Shown here piece by piece: positions 15,894 to 18,632 of a DNA stretch of 18,632 nucleotides. Numbering within the stretch: the first letter of the stretch is position 1; every line of letters starts with the position of its first letter. The notes under the pieces are model-generated. The model saw nothing but the letters and a program-made list of their open reading frames with translations. It did not search any database and was not told where the DNA came from. The translations under genes and the position numbers were made by a program. The DNA is taken from positions 1 to 18,632 of the forward strand of contig CACWLY010000068.1 of assembly GCA_902761825.1 (NCBI GenBank). Direction: 5' to 3'. The stretch comes from an uncultured Eubacteriales bacterium. Lineage in GTDB: Bacteria; Bacillota; Clostridia; Christensenellales; Aristaeellaceae.

Positions 15894-18632
15894 ATGGCTG
15901 ATATATTTGATCCCAATCTCCGGCCCGATCCGCAGGAAATGCCCTATGTGCGCCACCGGCGGTCCGACCGCTACAAGGCGCAGCCCGAAACGCCTCCGGA
16001 GGAAACGCCCGCCGCGCCCGCGCAGACCCGCGTCATGCCCGCCGTGCGCCGCACGGAGCCCCCGGCGGACGGCGGCGAGGAGCCTACCCGCGTTATCCCG
16101 GCCGTCGGCGGCGATCGCACGGTGCGCCGCGAGACCAGCTTTGATCCCCTGCTGCGCGGCGGAGCCGCCCCGGCGGGCGCGCCGCCCGTCAAAACGCCGC
16201 CGCCCGGGGACGCCCCGGTATACGGCGAGGACGATCTGCCCGAGTCTTCCCGCGCCTACGCGGCGCGCGACCCCCGGCTGGAAGAACAGCTCTATCCCGA
16301 GGAGGACGGCTACTACGAGGACGGGGACGCGCATCGCGGCCGTCCGTGGCTCGTCGCGCTGATCTGCCTGGCCGTGCTGCTTGCGCTGTTTGCCCTGGGC
16401 ATTTATCTGCTGCCCAAGGTGGTGGACCGCCCGCGCGACGGCGGCGGCTTCGCCGGCGCGCTGTACGACCTTCGCGACAGGCTGGGCGATCTGGTCGGCG
16501 TCGGCGGCGAACCGGCGGATATCCACCTGTTCCAGGCGGCCAGCACCGTCGCGAGCGTCGGCAAGCAGATGCAGTTCAGCATCACGACGACCAAGGCCGT
16601 CAAAAACGTCGGCCTGATGGACGGCGCGGGCAGCCTGCTGCCCTCCTCGAGCCAGTGCAAGGACGCCGACGAGCATACCACCTGGGTCGTGACCATCCGC
16701 TTTGAAACGCCCTACGTAGACGACGTGTACGCCGCCGTGCAGGAAAAGGATACCTGGCGGCGCACGGAAAGCAAGCTGCCGCTGATCGTGACCGAGCCCA
16801 CGCCCGTTCCGACGCTCGCGCCCACCGATACGCCCGCGCCCACGGAGGAGCCGATTTTCGTATCCCAGGCGCCCGCCGTGATCGCCGATACGCAGACGCC
16901 GGAAAGCGGCGCGCCCGCGTCCGCCACGCCCGATCCCACGATCGCGCCCACGCCCTATATCACGCCGACGCCGGTGCCCACGCCCGAGCCGACCGCGACG
17001 CCCACGCCCACGCCCGAGCCCACGGCGACGCCTACGCCCACGCCCACGCCGGTGCCTACCGATACGCCCATGCCGCGGCTGGAAGCCTCGGCCGCCGCGG
17101 GGACTGATCCCAAGCAGCTGAGCCTGACCCAGACCGTCTATTCCGGCGGCAAAAAGGTGACCGATACCCTGAAACGGCAGAGCGCCGTGAGCATGAACGC
17201 GCCCGACAGCTATACGCTGTACAACGGCGTCACCGCTTTCCGCGGCAGCAGCTTCCGCCAGAACGCCGCCTACGGCGCGGCCGACGTGCAGCAGGAGCAG
17301 CTGAGCGTGGAATGGCAGTATCAACTGGGCAGCCTGCGCACGGCCGATAACGGCACGCTGTACGGCGTGGGCTGGACCGGCCAGCCCGCCATCATCAAGC
17401 TGATGACCGAGCAGCGCACCATGTGGATGAACCTGTACGAGGAAAAGCGCGACGTGAGCGTGCTCAAGGAGGTCATATTCGGCGGCCTGGACGGCAAGAT
17501 CTATTTCCTGGATCTGAACGACGGCCAGCCCACCCGCGACGCCATCAACGTGGGCTATCCGCTGAAATCCAGCGTGGCCGTCAATCCCCAGGGCAATCCC
17601 TACATCGCCATCGGCCAGGCGATATCGAAGCTGCCCAACAAGACCGGCGATATCGGCGTGCGCGTGTTCAGCCTGCTGGACGGCAAGGAGATCATGCTGC
17701 TCAACGGCCGCAAAAACGAGCAATACAGCACCAACGGCGCGTTCGACGGCTCGCCGCTGTTCGACCGCAACAGCGACACGATGATCGTTGCGGGCGAAAA
17801 CGGCCTGATCTACACCGTGGACATGAACACCGATTTCAAGTTCCTGGATGAGGACGGCAGCGTGACCGCCAACCCCACGCTGAGCATCAACCGCAGCGTG
17901 ACCTACCTGAAAACCAAGGCCAAGGCTGAGCAGGATATGAACACCGCCGCCGAAACCAGCGTGGCGGTATACGATCACTACATCTACTCCGCCGACGCCT
18001 ACGGCGTGCTGCAATGCGTGGACGCCAACACCATGAAGGCGGTCTGGGCCGTGGACGTGGGGGACAATACGGACGCCGCCATCGCCCTGGACTTTGACGA
18101 CGACGGCGAGCTGGGCCTGTATACCGGCAACACGGCGTTCTCCCGCCTCAAGAACAACAAGCCCGTCACCCTGCGCCGCCTGGACGCGCTCAGCGGCGAA
18201 GAGGTGTGGAAATACGAGATCAAATGTGTATACAGCAAGGATCAGGACAGCGGCCTCAAGGCCAGCCCGCTGATCGGCCAGCATGACCTGAGCGACCTGG
18301 CCGTCTTTACCGTCAACATGGCGGGCAGCAGCAGCACCGCGACCATGCTCGCCCTGGACAAGCGTTCCGGCAATGTGGTATGGAAACGCGAGCTGGAAGC
18401 CACCGCCGTGTCCTCGCCCGTGGCCGTGTATAATAAGGAAGGCAAGGGCTGGATCATCCAGGCCGACCAGAAGGGCCGGCTGTACCTGCTGGACGGGCGC
18501 ACGGGCGAGATCCGCAATACGCTGGCCCTGGGCGGCCAGATCGACGCAAGCCCCGCGGTCTACAACGATATGCTGGTCATCGGCACATGCAGCAAGGACA
18601 ACGCCTGCATGTACGGCATCCGCATCCGCTGA
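15894..18632 (+). CDS. Single-pass membrane protein with a Pro/Glu/Arg-rich N-terminal region, Pro-Thr linker and C-terminal PQQ-like (BamB-like) beta-propeller repeat domain (912 aa)
   Basis: Predicted TM helix WLVALICLAVLLALFALGIYLLP (about nt 16347-16412). The PT-rich linker is TPEPTATPTPTPEPTATPTPTPTPVPTDTP. The C-terminal roughly 480 aa have repeated beta-propeller-like blades (GGLDGKIYFLDLNDGQ, GENGLIYTVD, DAYGVLQCVDANTMKAVW, GEEVWKYE, GNVVWKRE, DQKGRLYLLDGRTGE). The stop codon is the last 3 nt of the window. Confidence 0.8.
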   Translation: MADIFDPNLRPDPQEMPYVRHRRSDRYKAQPETPPEETPAAPAQTRVMPAVRRTEPPADGGEEPTRVIPAVGGDRTVRRETSFDPLLRGGAAPAGAPPVKTPPPGDAPVYGEDDLPESSRAYAARDPRLEEQLYPEEDGYYEDGDAHRGRPWLVALICLAVLLALFALGIYLLPKVVDRPRDGGGFAGALYDLRDRLGDLVGVGGEPADIHLFQAASTVASVGKQMQFSITTTKAVKNVGLMDGAGSLLPSSSQCKDADEHTTWVVTIRFETPYVDDVYAAVQEKDTWRRTESKLPLIVTEPTPVPTLAPTDTPAPTEEPIFVSQAPAVIADTQTPESGAPASATPDPTIAPTPYITPTPVPTPEPTATPTPTPEPTATPTPTPTPVPTDTPMPRLEASAAAGTDPKQLSLTQTVYSGGKKVTDTLKRQSAVSMNAPDSYTLYNGVTAFRGSSFRQNAAYGAADVQQEQLSVEWQYQLGSLRTADNGTLYGVGWTGQPAIIKLMTEQRTMWMNLYEEKRDVSVLKEVIFGGLDGKIYFLDLNDGQPTRDAINVGYPLKSSVAVNPQGNPYIAIGQAISKLPNKTGDIGVRVFSLLDGKEIMLLNGRKNEQYSTNGAFDGSPLFDRNSDTMIVAGENGLIYTVDMNTDFKFLDEDGSVTANPTLSINRSVTYLKTKAKAEQDMNTAAETSVAVYDHYIYSADAYGVLQCVDANTMKAVWAVDVGDNTDAAIALDFDDDGELGLYTGNTAFSRLKNNKPVTLRRLDALSGEEVWKYEIKCVYSKDQDSGLKASPLIGQHDLSDLAVFTVNMAGSSSTATMLALDKRSGNVVWKRELEATAVSSPVAVYNKEGKGWIIQADQKGRLYLLDGRTGEIRNTLALGGQIDASPAVYNDMLVIGTCSKDNACMYGIRIR
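16983..17042 (+). repeat. 2 x 30-nt in-frame tandem repeat inside the PT linker (encodes PEPTATPTPT twice)
   Basis: CCCGAGCCGACCGCGACGCCCACGCCCACG (16983-17012) and CCCGAGCCCACGGCGACGCCTACGCCCACG (17013-17042) differ at 3 positions, all synonymous. Confidence 0.8.

Noticed and set aside
16790-17060. Repetitive ACGCCC-type DNA considered as a CRISPR-like or satellite array
   Set aside because: It is in frame within a long CDS and encodes a Pro-Thr linker. There is no repeat-spacer architecture.

Overview
This is a high-GC chromosomal window, about two-thirds G+C by eye. GGAGG-type ribosome binding sites and the rimO-pgsA-cinA-recA gene order suggest a Firmicutes/Clostridia-like organism, but that is inference only. 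Almost all of it is tightly packed housekeeping genes. On the minus strand sit rimO-pgsA-cinA(C-terminal domain)-recA (489-3866). Divergent from these on the plus strand are gyrB-gyrA (4096-8583). Convergent with gyrA is a long compact minus-strand string: GT2/GtrA glycosyltransferase-lepA-prfA-GNAT acetyltransferase-topB (8791-15419), with several 4-nt start/stop overlaps. The window ends with a 912-aa membrane-anchored protein carrying a PQQ-like beta-propeller (15894-18632). I found no tRNA, rRNA, CRISPR array, transposase, integrase or recognisable defence gene, and no convincing novel protein-coding system. Three non-coding observations are not explained by the gene map. (1) An AT-rich element bounded by 12-bp terminal inverted repeats occurs twice. 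The 158-nt copy lies at 252-409 and the 112-nt copy at 8583-8694; they are identical over the shared 92+20 nt and differ only by a 46-nt internal segment. One copy abuts the gyrA stop codon and the other lies in the recA 3' region. (2) The 474-nt divergent intergenic region 15420-15893 is packed with strong GC-rich hairpins and has two plus-strand intrinsic-terminator-like structures with no plus-strand gene upstream. This could be an sRNA or a long structured leader. (3) The first 250 nt are hairpin-dense. The very long ORFs antisense to the real genes are high-GC artefacts.
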